From the IMG/VR virus record IMGVR_UViG_3300036980_000377, positions 1-62,771 of that record: a stretch of 62,771 nucleotides of DNA; one strand, 5' to 3'. The DNA comes from a virus (taxonomy: Duplodnaviria; Caudoviricetes). This document shows, piece by piece, positions 19,746 through 28,721 of this stretch. Within the stretch, counting starts at the first letter, position 1; each line of letters starts with the position of its first letter. A program made the position numbers and the translations under genes. The notes beneath the pieces were generated by a model, which was given only the letters and a program-made list of their open reading frames with translations, was not told the origin of the DNA and ran no database searches.

Positions 19746-19983
19746 ACTTCCAGATGGCTTTTCTTATGAGTGGCCATCTTATAATCTAGTCCTTAACGTT
19801 TCACCCTTTCCCGTTTTCCCTTGTTTGAAAATTTCGGAAATTACAGAATCGATTGAAGATGAACTAATTTGGATTAAAATCAATCCACATAAGTATGGCC
19901 TTTATGAGAAGAAACTGCTATTATCAATAAAGTGCCCTCTCTGCGGACGTACGTTTAATGGAGACAGTCATGAGCAATCTTGA
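19720..19983 (+). CDS. hypothetical protein
   Basis: ORF with C-terminal CPLC. Confidence 0.45.
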   Translation: MSKHQTTVELPDGFSYEWPSYNLVLNVSPFPVFPCLKISEITESIEDELIWIKINPHKYGLYEKKLLLSIKCPLCGRTFNGDSHEQS

Positions 19984-20212
19984 TTGGAATTCTATCCACG
20001 CGGGTAAGATTACACAACAAGAAATTCTTAAATACTGCCAAGGAGTCAGCTGGCAAGCTTTAAGACGACTTTTAAAGGGTGCAACCCTTGAAGAGAAATT
20101 CCAGAAACTTAAGGAATGGCTTTCGTTACATAGTAACTCACGTGCATCTCAAGTACAAGTTACTAACTACATAAACGCTCTTAAAAGAGGGGGCATGATC
20201 AAAGATGAATAA
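19970..20212 (+). CDS. hypothetical phage protein
   Basis: GGAG RBS; QVTNYINALKRGG ending. Confidence 0.65.
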   Translation: MSNLDWNSIHAGKITQQEILKYCQGVSWQALRRLLKGATLEEKFQKLKEWLSLHSNSRASQVQVTNYINALKRGGMIKDE

Positions 20213-21035
20213 CGGCCAAGATCAATGTCCGTGGTGTAGAGAGTCTGCTCCCAGCTCTGAATGTCAAATTTGTTTTGGAACTGGGTTTAAAGGAGCTACT
20301 GCTCCCCCTAAGATTGGATGGACTCCAATCTACATTACAGCAACTACCCTTGGAGACGCTTGGTTCCAATGCCTCTATCAGATCTGGAATAATGGAAGAC
20401 GCTATAAAATTACTAAAGGTTCTTATGAAGGAGCCTATAGACTCGAGTTCGACTTCGTCTCAGGATTCATCAAGCTTCCACACATTCGCCCTTTGTCTCC
20501 TCTTATGCCCGAGGGCGTACAAGTTCCTTCTCCAACCTCTGATGAAGAAATCGAAAAGTACTTCGCATCTTATATTATGGATCCCGTTCTCGAGCCAAAT
20601 GAAGAATATCGATACAGCTCTTGGATTAATGGAGAAGTAATTGAAGGTCACCCCTCTCCAGTAGAGTGGGTGATTAAACATTTCAAGGAAGCTGGCTATG
20701 GTACGAATCATTGTTACATCCAAGTCGGAAATGCTTCTTCAATCTTTGCATATGACCGGCCTTATACAACTGAGGCAGAAAGAGGTACCAGTCCTTGTCT
20801 ACGAGGGATTGACTTCAAAATTGTGGAGGATGAGCTCTTCATGCACGTTTATTTCAGAAGCTGGGACCTCTTCTCCGGATTTTGCACTAACCTTGGGGGT
20901 CTGGTCTTGCTCAATGAATACGTTAGCCACTGCCTTCCAGGAATTAAACCAGGGCCTATTGCATTTACAAGCAAAGGTCTCCACGTTTACGACTTCGCTC
21001 TCGAGCCTTTAAAAACTTTATTAAGGCAGGATTAA
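20205..21035 (+). CDS. thyA: thymidylate synthase family protein with short N-terminal Cys-rich segment
   Basis: SPCLRGIDF, YFRSWDLFSGFCTNL, LHVY. Confidence 0.85.
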   Translation: MNNGQDQCPWCRESAPSSECQICFGTGFKGATAPPKIGWTPIYITATTLGDAWFQCLYQIWNNGRRYKITKGSYEGAYRLEFDFVSGFIKLPHIRPLSPLMPEGVQVPSPTSDEEIEKYFASYIMDPVLEPNEEYRYSSWINGEVIEGHPSPVEWVIKHFKEAGYGTNHCYIQVGNASSIFAYDRPYTTEAERGTSPCLRGIDFKIVEDELFMHVYFRSWDLFSGFCTNLGGLVLLNEYVSHCLPGIKPGPIAFTSKGLHVYDFALEPLKTLLRQD

Positions 21036-21036
21036 A

Positions 21037-21330
21037 GTGGATAAGCGAAGAAGGGGTTTTATTATAGGCACAATTCTCATCTGCCTCCCCGTTCTCATTC
21101 TCACCTTTGGTGCTATAAGTGTTTATTCACAATTTATCAATGTACGTACCACTATAGCAGAGAAGGGAGTACTTGATTCGGCCCCTGGAGGTGGGGGGAT
21201 TGGAATTACTATCTCTCACCCGCCTAAAGGTTTTTTTGATAGTACCGCACAAATTTTAATCGCGGTAGGCGTTTGCTTCACCAGTTTTTGTTCTGGCATT
21301 GCCGTAGTTATTAAAGCGATAAGGACATAA
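21037..21330 (+). CDS. membrane protein (2 TM)
   Basis: Two hydrophobic segments. Confidence 0.55.
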   Translation: MDKRRRGFIIGTILICLPVLILTFGAISVYSQFINVRTTIAEKGVLDSAPGGGGIGITISHPPKGFFDSTAQILIAVGVCFTSFCSGIAVVIKAIRT

Positions 21331-21333
21331 CCA

Positions 21334-21549
21334 ATGATTGATCGTGAAGATATACTCGAAGCAATTCAACAACTCGATGATCCTGAGGATCTAGTTGCCG
21401 ATCTCATATATGAGGCGACTTACTCTTTAGAGACTGGAGACTTTACCGGACTCGAAGAGCTCCTCCAAGGCGTTGATGAAATGATAGAGATCCGAGACTC
21501 TACTATGGTTGTTAAATCTTGGAGGGAGTTTTATAGCGATGAGGAGTAA
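21334..21549 (+). CDS. small acidic protein
   Basis: AAGGA RBS; very D/E-rich. Confidence 0.55.
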   Translation: MIDREDILEAIQQLDDPEDLVADLIYEATYSLETGDFTGLEELLQGVDEMIEIRDSTMVVKSWREFYSDEE

Positions 21550-22093
21550 ACAGAAGGAAATGCTCCGACGCACATTGCAGCAACATACTCACTATGGAAC
21601 TTTCGATCTTTCTTCGGGAGGCACCTCAGATTTTTATATCGACGTCCGCCCGGTGTTGCTTCACTCAAGTACTTCTCGAGCGGTCTCTATGGAGCTCCTC
21701 AAACGACTCAACTCCAATATTGACGTGGTGGCAGGAGTGGGAATTAGTGGCTCCTTACTCGTCGCCTCTCTCCTAGCATACACCGTCAGAGAGTTGAAAG
21801 GCTTGATTGTCCGCAAAGAAGAACGTACTCACGGATTAACTCGGGCTATTGAAGGTGATGCGTTAATTCATAATTGTAATATAGCTCTTGTGGATGATGT
21901 GCTTAATCGAGGTTCAAGTCTGACGTTTGCCACAAGAGCTCTTAAAGACTTACGTCATTGTAACGTCGTACAATGGATCGTCTTTGTTGATAGGTCTAGT
22001 GCACCAATTGAAGGAGCTCCAGAAGTATCGGCGGTACTGACAGCCGCAGAGATTCTCAACGGAGTTAGCTTTGGTCAATCACAAAAAATTTGA
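21539..22093 (+). CDS. pyrE: orotate phosphoribosyltransferase
   Basis: FDLSSGGTSDFYID, VRKEERTHG, PRPP motif LVDDVLNRGSS. Confidence 0.88.
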   Translation: MRSKQKEMLRRTLQQHTHYGTFDLSSGGTSDFYIDVRPVLLHSSTSRAVSMELLKRLNSNIDVVAGVGISGSLLVASLLAYTVRELKGLIVRKEERTHGLTRAIEGDALIHNCNIALVDDVLNRGSSLTFATRALKDLRHCNVVQWIVFVDRSSAPIEGAPEVSAVLTAAEILNGVSFGQSQKI

Positions 22094-22104
22094 GGGGGTC
22101 TTCA

Positions 22105-22833
22105 ATGAGCGATTTAATCAGCTTCTCAGAAACAATTCCAGTTCTTGAGCTGGACACTTCCCCATGGAAAATAGATGTTGAGAATATTACTTCTAAAATC
22201 GATGGGTGTCTCTTTCCGGGGGAAGAGTTCTTTCTTGCTCAACTCGCAAAGTCATGTATTGGTAAAGGTGTTATTGTCGAGATCGGATCTTATCTTGGAA
22301 GATCTGGAGTCAGTCTCGGTCTTGGATCATTACAAGGAAGCCGAACAATGGTTTTTACTTTTGATCACTTTGAAGGTGATCCCTTCATGGCAGTCACGTT
22401 AGATCAATTTGAAATCTTAAAACGTAATGTCGCGAAGTCTGGAGTTGATTCAATCGTATTAACATCCATAGAATCATCCGATAGAGCGGCTTTAAATTTC
22501 TCGGATCCCATCGAGCTCTTATTCATTGACGCGAACCACACGTTTGAAGCTGTTGAAGATGATTACTTAACTTGGTCTCCTAAAGTTATGAGCGGAGGTT
22601 TAGTAGCCTTTCATGATACCTATGATCCTGTAATGCAAGGCCTTCGATTTGATGGCCCCCTCAGAGTGATCCAAAAATATTGTCTATCCCCTGAGTGGAA
22701 AATTGTGGGCCGCTTCCAGTCAATTACAGTCGTCAAGAAAAATGGTTTACCTATGAAGAAGGTAAAGGTGACTGAACCTGTAATGTCAAAGTCTGTACAA
22801 AAGAGGCACAAGATTCAAAAGGGAGTCAAATGA
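22105..22833 (+). CDS. class I SAM-dependent methyltransferase (Methyltransf_24-like)
   Basis: VEIGSYLGRS, LLFIDANH, GGLVAFHD. Confidence 0.85.
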   Translation: MSDLISFSETIPVLELDTSPWKIDVENITSKIDGCLFPGEEFFLAQLAKSCIGKGVIVEIGSYLGRSGVSLGLGSLQGSRTMVFTFDHFEGDPFMAVTLDQFEILKRNVAKSGVDSIVLTSIESSDRAALNFSDPIELLFIDANHTFEAVEDDYLTWSPKVMSGGLVAFHDTYDPVMQGLRFDGPLRVIQKYCLSPEWKIVGRFQSITVVKKNGLPMKKVKVTEPVMSKSVQKRHKIQKGVK

Positions 22834-23504
22834 TTAGCATTGTCGTCTTAACGTATAATCGGCTAGAGGCTCTGAAGTCATGCTTGCACCATATCGATTC
22901 ACGAACTTCAGAGCCTCATGAAATCATTGTGGTGAATAATGCTTCTACCGATGGCACAACAGAATACCTGGATGGACGTAAAGGCCCTATGTTCCATACG
23001 ATTCATATGCCTAACAACATTGGGGTTATCGCGAGAAATAGCGGCTTCCGCTTTGCGTCAGGTAACCACATCGCGCAGATCGATGATGACGTGGAAGTGC
23101 TTCCCAATTGGGACACAAGATGCATGGCCGTCTTCCGCGATGACATCACTGTTGGGTTGGTTGGACAACAAGGCGGGATAATCAAAACTTGGATGGATAT
23201 TCATTCACATGTCGGTCATACATATCAAGGTTATGTTGATTACATCACTGGCTTTTGTATGATGATGAAGAACGTAGGAATTCTATATGATGAAGCTTTT
23301 GGACAGTTTTGGCATGAAGAGTTGGATCTTTCTCTCCAGTTCAAGTATCTCGGTTACCGCCTTAAGACTTTGGGAGATCTTTGTCATCACCGTAGTCAGA
23401 GATCGGATCCCGTCAACTGGGAGCTTCATGACCGAAATCTCAATTACGCAAACCAGAAGTGGATTGACAAAATTGGAGAGCTTGAGTTAGAGGGGATGAA
23501 GTGA
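22830..23504 (+). CDS. family 2 glycosyltransferase
   Basis: ISIVVLTYNR, VVNNASTDGT, ARNSG, IDDD, HEELD. Confidence 0.9.
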   Translation: MISIVVLTYNRLEALKSCLHHIDSRTSEPHEIIVVNNASTDGTTEYLDGRKGPMFHTIHMPNNIGVIARNSGFRFASGNHIAQIDDDVEVLPNWDTRCMAVFRDDITVGLVGQQGGIIKTWMDIHSHVGHTYQGYVDYITGFCMMMKNVGILYDEAFGQFWHEELDLSLQFKYLGYRLKTLGDLCHHRSQRSDPVNWELHDRNLNYANQKWIDKIGELELEGMK

Positions 23505-24154
23505 GAAAAATTGTAGATGATTTTCATACGCTTTACTATGACCACCAAGACCACTCTACGTGGACTGGATTAACTTTTATGGGGCACAAAACTCTTAAAT
23601 GCCCCCTAGATCTTTGGATCTACCAAGAAATTTTCAATGATATTAGGCCTGACTTCATCATTGAAACTGGAACGTTTGAAGGAGGCAGTGCAATTTACTG
23701 GGCATCTCTTTGCCACCTCTTCCAGACAGGTAAAGTTATTTCAATTGATTTAAACCCTAGGGCTCAACCCTCTCATCCCCTTGTAACATACATCAAAGGG
23801 GATTCAGTTGGTGCTGAAACACTCAAACAAGTTAAAGCAATAATCAGCGACACTTTAAACCCCAATCCTACTGTGCTTATAAACTTAGATTCATTACATC
23901 TATTTACTCATGTCCGAGATGAGTTAATAGCCTACCACCCTCTCGTCTCTCTGGGTAGTTATATGATTGTTGAAGACACCAACTTATGCGGTCACCCAAT
24001 CGAATGGGATCGTGCAGCTTTTGGGAATAAGGGGCCGTGGGAGGCTGTCGATGAGTTTCTTTTAACACACCCCGAATTTGAAGTTGACGCTTCACGGGAG
24101 AAGCTGTTAATGACTTTTAATCCCCGCGGGTATTTAAAGAGAGTCTCTCAATGA
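23501..24154 (+). CDS. CmcI / rhamnosyl O-methyltransferase family protein
   Basis: KCPLDLWIYQE, PDFIIETGTFEGGSA, LDSLH, IVEDT, TFNPRGYLKR. Confidence 0.88.
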   Translation: MRKIVDDFHTLYYDHQDHSTWTGLTFMGHKTLKCPLDLWIYQEIFNDIRPDFIIETGTFEGGSAIYWASLCHLFQTGKVISIDLNPRAQPSHPLVTYIKGDSVGAETLKQVKAIISDTLNPNPTVLINLDSLHLFTHVRDELIAYHPLVSLGSYMIVEDTNLCGHPIEWDRAAFGNKGPWEAVDEFLLTHPEFEVDASREKLLMTFNPRGYLKRVSQ

Positions 24155-24810
24155 CCTTTCCCGAGCTTTTTAATCGTTTTTCCAACCCAGATCTTTTTGG
24201 ACCTCGTGCAATAACCGAAGAAGATGCTCGTACTTTACTTCAACTAGCTGACTCGATCGATTCGACTAACCCTCAATTTTTAGAAATTGGATGTTGGCTG
24301 GGGCATAGTACTCGATTCCTTGCACATAGTGCAGCTCGGCGAGGAGGCACACTCCATTGCGTTGATCATTGGAAAGGTAGTCCCGGGACTATATATGGCG
24401 AAGGAGAGCCCTTTCTAAAGTTTGAGCAAAATTTAAAAAGAGTTGGCCTCTACGAAAGTTTAAAAATTCACAAAATATCATCGGAAGATGCCTCCTTGCT
24501 ATTTACTGATGGTTCACTGGATCTTGTATTTGTTGATGGCGATCATATTTATCAATCATTTGTTAGGGACTTTACTCTTTGGAAGCCAAAAGTGAAAATC
24601 GGGGGAATTCTATGTGGGCATGATTGCCCCTTTAAGTTAACTTCGACTGCCCCTGAAGTCCAGAGATTCATTGAAGAATACTATCTTGAAGCTTACGTAT
24701 GCAGCCCACTGGGTATTGGAGTTCATCCGGGGGTTGTTAAAGGCCTTTATGATCTCACCGGAGATCAATACAATCAACATTCAGATATTTGGTGGATGGA
24801 GGTTAAATGA
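24151..24810 (+). CDS. class I SAM-dependent methyltransferase (Methyltransf_24-like)
   Basis: LEIGCWLGHS, VFVDGDH, GGILCGHD. Confidence 0.85.
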   Translation: MTFPELFNRFSNPDLFGPRAITEEDARTLLQLADSIDSTNPQFLEIGCWLGHSTRFLAHSAARRGGTLHCVDHWKGSPGTIYGEGEPFLKFEQNLKRVGLYESLKIHKISSEDASLLFTDGSLDLVFVDGDHIYQSFVRDFTLWKPKVKIGGILCGHDCPFKLTSTAPEVQRFIEEYYLEAYVCSPLGIGVHPGVVKGLYDLTGDQYNQHSDIWWMEVK

Positions 24811-25742
24811 ATCCTGAGCATATAGTCCATGTGAGTCTTGCTAGGCGGAGAGACGGATGCGCTGGAGGAGTTGAAAAATTTGCCTGGTACCTCGAACGAG
24901 CCATTGGCTGTCGACTTGTGGTTGATCACGAACTCCCAGGACTTCTTTCAACACTTCCTCGAAACTCATTGCTCATTACAGATGGGGGTCATGGACTTGA
25001 GATCCCCGACTCCATTCCAATCCTTTCCGTGTGTCATGGTACTTGGGTTGGGGTATGGGCGAGGTGGGGATGGACTCCGGAGATGGAAGGATATGTAAAT
25101 GCTCCATATGAAGAATCTCAAGTGGCTATGTGGGGAAATCACGATCATCCTGGTAAGCCAAACACTTTACCCGTTGCTTGCTCAAGTGGTGCGAAGCGAG
25201 AACTTGTTCAATATCACGCTCGATTTGACTCGCCAACCCTTCTTCATGGAATCGATCACGATGTTTACATCCCGAGAAAAACGACAAACACAAGACCGAA
25301 GATCATTCACGTTGCGAATGAATGGAGAAAAGGACATCATATCATTCCCGAACTTCAGTCTCGTCTACCCCAATTCGACTTTGAATTCCTCAACGCTGGG
25401 ATCGGAGAAGAGCCCGATAGGTTTATAAGAGGAGACATGTATATCCACATCTCATGCTCTGAAGGTAACTCATATGCTTGTCTTGAAGCAATGAGTTGTA
25501 ATTTACCGATGGTGGTGACAAACGTCGGTTTATTCGAAAAAGATGTAGGAGGTGAAGTAGTGGGAAAAGTTATTCCTTTTTATTCCACAGTTGATCAAAT
25601 GGCAGAGGCAATTATAGAAGTGTGGGAGTCTCGAGGAAAGTTTAATCCCCGAGATTGGATTATAAGAAATGCTACATTTGAAAAATTCAAAGAACGGTGG
25701 GAAAAGTTAATCAGAACTGCAGAACTATTTGGATTGAATTAA
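24807..25742 (+). CDS. GT-B (family 4-like) glycosyltransferase
   Basis: GGVEKF, HGID, RKG, EGNSYACLEAMSCNLPMVVTNVG. Confidence 0.85.
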   Translation: MNPEHIVHVSLARRRDGCAGGVEKFAWYLERAIGCRLVVDHELPGLLSTLPRNSLLITDGGHGLEIPDSIPILSVCHGTWVGVWARWGWTPEMEGYVNAPYEESQVAMWGNHDHPGKPNTLPVACSSGAKRELVQYHARFDSPTLLHGIDHDVYIPRKTTNTRPKIIHVANEWRKGHHIIPELQSRLPQFDFEFLNAGIGEEPDRFIRGDMYIHISCSEGNSYACLEAMSCNLPMVVTNVGLFEKDVGGEVVGKVIPFYSTVDQMAEAIIEVWESRGKFNPRDWIIRNATFEKFKERWEKLIRTAELFGLN

Positions 25743-26612
25743 ATGTCCCGCGTAAAACTTCTTTTAGGTGGCTTGATGCTCGGGGATGCCTTTCACATCA
25801 TCCCCTACTTAAATAGATTACTACGAGAAGGGGCTACAAAAATTTATTGGGTGACTGGAACTTATGAACAACCCGCCGTTGAGTTTTTACAAAAGTTTTA
25901 TCCAATCGAGCCCCGGTTCTTTTCAGATGGTAGTCCAACTGATTTATCCGCAAGGTTTAAATTTTCTCGTAACCATGGTGCCGAGTTTAATAACATTGAA
26001 GCCGATATCTCGATTGCCGACGTGGAGGCGTCTTTATGTAGCGGCTCTTTCGAGTCAGATAGAAGTCTTTACATTCTAAATAATATCCACCTTCTAGATA
26101 CGTCGGAAGAAGACAGTATTGTCTTACATCCACAAACTGTGCATGACTGGAAGAAAGTTCCTGGAGTTAGTGAAGCGGATTGGCGAACTTTGGGAAAGAC
26201 ATGCTATACTGTCGGGCACTCAAGTGAAGTCATGATTCCCAACACCATCGATTTCAGAGGACGATCCTTTTTTGAAGTTGCTCAAAAGATCCGCTCCTCA
26301 AAACTTGTAGTCGGAATTCATTCAGCGGTAGCTTGCTTGACTTTACATCTTGATAAATCTATGATTGTGTGTCATCCGTGGAAAGAAAAACCTCCAAGCG
26401 CGTTCCTTCATTTTGGATACTTTAGAGAAAAAATGAAAGATATTATCAATCCTCCCGCTGCTGAGCTTCTTGAACTAGCTCGGAAAGTGCTCGAGGGTGA
26501 GTCGGTAGCAAGCGAACCTTTTGAGGAACCCAGAGGTTTAAGTGTAGAGGATCAGCGTGAAGTAATCGAAGCCCATTCTTTAGCTGAGCTAGCCGAAAAG
26601 CTTTCGATCTAG
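25743..26612 (+). CDS. family 9-like (heptosyltransferase-like) glycosyltransferase
   Basis: MLGDAFHIIP, IVLHP, LVVGIHSAVACL. Confidence 0.65.
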   Translation: MSRVKLLLGGLMLGDAFHIIPYLNRLLREGATKIYWVTGTYEQPAVEFLQKFYPIEPRFFSDGSPTDLSARFKFSRNHGAEFNNIEADISIADVEASLCSGSFESDRSLYILNNIHLLDTSEEDSIVLHPQTVHDWKKVPGVSEADWRTLGKTCYTVGHSSEVMIPNTIDFRGRSFFEVAQKIRSSKLVVGIHSAVACLTLHLDKSMIVCHPWKEKPPSAFLHFGYFREKMKDIINPPAAELLELARKVLEGESVASEPFEEPRGLSVEDQREVIEAHSLAELAEKLSI

Positions 26613-26627
26613 CTTTTAGGAGACAAA

Positions 26628-26840
26628 TTGGAAAACACAGACTCTTTCCGGATCCACGTTTTTAAGCTTGAAGGTGAAGCTATTATTTACGTAAAGGCTA
26701 ACTCAATTGAGGAAGCCCAAAACGCTGCGCTCCGAAAAGCTAAGGAGTTAACCTATACACCAAGTCGAGCTCCGTATATGGCGATCGCTTTTGAGGGGCT
26801 TGAAGAGGTTAGTTCACATCAGGAGGAAATTGACGTATGA
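26628..26840 (+). CDS. hypothetical protein
   Basis: AGGAG RBS; VKANSIEEA. Confidence 0.55.
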   Translation: MENTDSFRIHVFKLEGEAIIYVKANSIEEAQNAALRKAKELTYTPSRAPYMAIAFEGLEEVSSHQEEIDV

Positions 26841-27706
26841 AATACAGTTTAGGCTGGAGACCCGATCTTCCCGATTTTCGGGATTACACAGATCAAAATG
26901 GAAAAACCCGAGCACTCCTTCAACCTCTAGGTGTACCGGAAATACCTCAAGCTTTAAAGCCGTTTGTAGACAATCGTCAGTTTTGCTCCCCGATTGACGA
27001 CCAAGGCGGACTCGGATCTTGTACTGCTCACATGGGAGTAGGGATGCTTGAGTATTGTGAGTTCAAATCCTTCAAGAAGTTCATCCATGGCTCCCGCCTC
27101 TTTGTCTATAAGGCAACTCGAGACTACGCCGGATATACTGGTGATAGTGGGGCCGAGATTCGAAACACCCTTGGTGCTCTCGCTTTATACGGCGTGCCCG
27201 CCGAACGACTGTGGCCCTATACTGATGATCAACGTCAGTTCGATATTAAACCCCCCGTCGACGTCTACATTGCTGCTCAGAGTTATCAAGCGGCACAGTA
27301 CGTGAGATTGGATTATGCTGGAATTAATAATGAAGTCTTACTCCATAAGATCAAAGCCTATCTTGTCGCCGGCTTCCCTGTAGGCTTTGGCTTTTCCGTT
27401 TATAAGTCAATTGATCAAGCTGATCATGATGGCCGAATCCCCTTCCCCGGAGACACTGAAGAGATGGAAGGAGGCCATGCGATTATGATGGTTGGATTCG
27501 ATGATAGTATGGTAATCCCTAACAATGTCTATAGTATCTCAACGCGGGGAGCCTTTCTTATTCGCAACTCTTGGGGTACTGGTTGGGGTGATAAGGGGTA
27601 TGGGTGGCTTCCTTATGATTATGTTCTTAGAGAACTCGCAGAAGATTTTTGGGTTCTATTAAAGACCGAATGGCTTGATACTCAGCAATTCGGATTTAAA
27701 GATTAA
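26837..27706 (+). CDS. papain-like C1 cysteine peptidase
   Basis: DQGGLGSCTA, GGHA, RNSWGTGWGDKGY. Confidence 0.93.
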   Translation: MKYSLGWRPDLPDFRDYTDQNGKTRALLQPLGVPEIPQALKPFVDNRQFCSPIDDQGGLGSCTAHMGVGMLEYCEFKSFKKFIHGSRLFVYKATRDYAGYTGDSGAEIRNTLGALALYGVPAERLWPYTDDQRQFDIKPPVDVYIAAQSYQAAQYVRLDYAGINNEVLLHKIKAYLVAGFPVGFGFSVYKSIDQADHDGRIPFPGDTEEMEGGHAIMMVGFDDSMVIPNNVYSISTRGAFLIRNSWGTGWGDKGYGWLPYDYVLRELAEDFWVLLKTEWLDTQQFGFKD

Positions 27707-27777
27707 GGAGGGAATGACATGAAACGTAAAGGTTGTGGTGTCTAAATAATTAACCCTAACAAGAAGGAGAAGTAAAC

Positions 27778-28239
27778 ATGAGTAAAAAGATCTTAAAAAA
27801 GGTATTGGTGTCTATGCTCGCACTTGTGTTTGCATCAGCCGCCTTTGCTGGTTGTTGTACATGGACTGCAACCGATGGGACTGAGACTAAATCGTTTTCT
27901 AACTGTTTTAAAACAGCCCAAGACAAGGCTTGCAATCCTCCTGTAGCTGTCATGACTGTGATCAATGCGGCTGCTCCTTTAATCGCTTCGATTTTGAATC
28001 TTGCGGTTCCCGGCTCTTCTGTTTTCATTTCAGCGAGTAATGCCCTACAGTGGGTTACAACTCTCCAAAAAACTGGCTGTCTCGCTCTTACTGATTTAAA
28101 CAAACTGATCGCTTATCTCCAGAGTGCGGACTTTACACAAGGTCAAGCACTTGTTGCTACATCCCAAATGAAGAAGGGGCTACACGCAGCAGCACCAATT
28201 GAAGTTCAACCATTGGTTGATTGGAAAGCGAAATACTAA
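27778..28239 (+). CDS. secreted or lipoprotein, function unknown
   Basis: Basic N-terminus, hydrophobic stretch, FAGC; AAGGAG RBS. Confidence 0.65.
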   Translation: MSKKILKKVLVSMLALVFASAAFAGCCTWTATDGTETKSFSNCFKTAQDKACNPPVAVMTVINAAAPLIASILNLAVPGSSVFISASNALQWVTTLQKTGCLALTDLNKLIAYLQSADFTQGQALVATSQMKKGLHAAAPIEVQPLVDWKAKY

Positions 28240-28251
28240 AAAAGGTATACA

Positions 28252-28710
28252 ATGAGAATCTTCCAACGAATTATTGGGGTGCCCGGAGTTGGTAATCTCG
28301 GAGCTGTTAAAGATGGAGCGATCTATCGCTCCGCGCAGCCTGAAATTTATGAAGCTCTACCCCAATACTTAGGGATAAAATCTGTTCTATATCTTCGCGA
28401 AGATTCTAAGCAAACTGAGGTTGAGGCGGCGGGAATGAAGTTTTTCTCCTTCCGCCTCAACGTCTTTTCTGATATCACCTTTGATGACTTCGATCTACTC
28501 TCAATGACTATGGCTGATCCCGAAAATCAACCAATACTAATTCAATGACTGCAGGGTCATGATCGCACAGGGGTCGCCTGTGCAGCATACAGATTAAAAG
28601 TAGATAAATGGTTGTTAGAAGAAGCACTCGAGGAAATGGACTCTTACGGATTTAATGAGTTGTGGCTTACATTAAAGCACCATCTAACTGCTTATGCTAA
28701 GTCACTTTAA
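28252..28710 (+). CDS. Cys-based protein-tyrosine/dual-specificity phosphatase fold protein with putative catalytic selenocysteine (UGA 28546-28548), 152 aa
   Basis: IYRSAQP, LGIKSVLYLR, PILIQ-(UGA)-LQGHDRTG = CX5R(T) motif; frame stays open for 53 more codons to TAA 28710, directly before the next RBS. Confidence 0.85.
28565..28583 (+). promoter_or_regulatory. putative bacterial SECIS hairpin
   Basis: GCACAGG-GGTCG-CCTGTGC perfect 7-bp stem starting 16 nt after the UGA; loop begins with G. Confidence 0.65.
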
Positions 28711-28721
28711 TCAGGAGGCGT

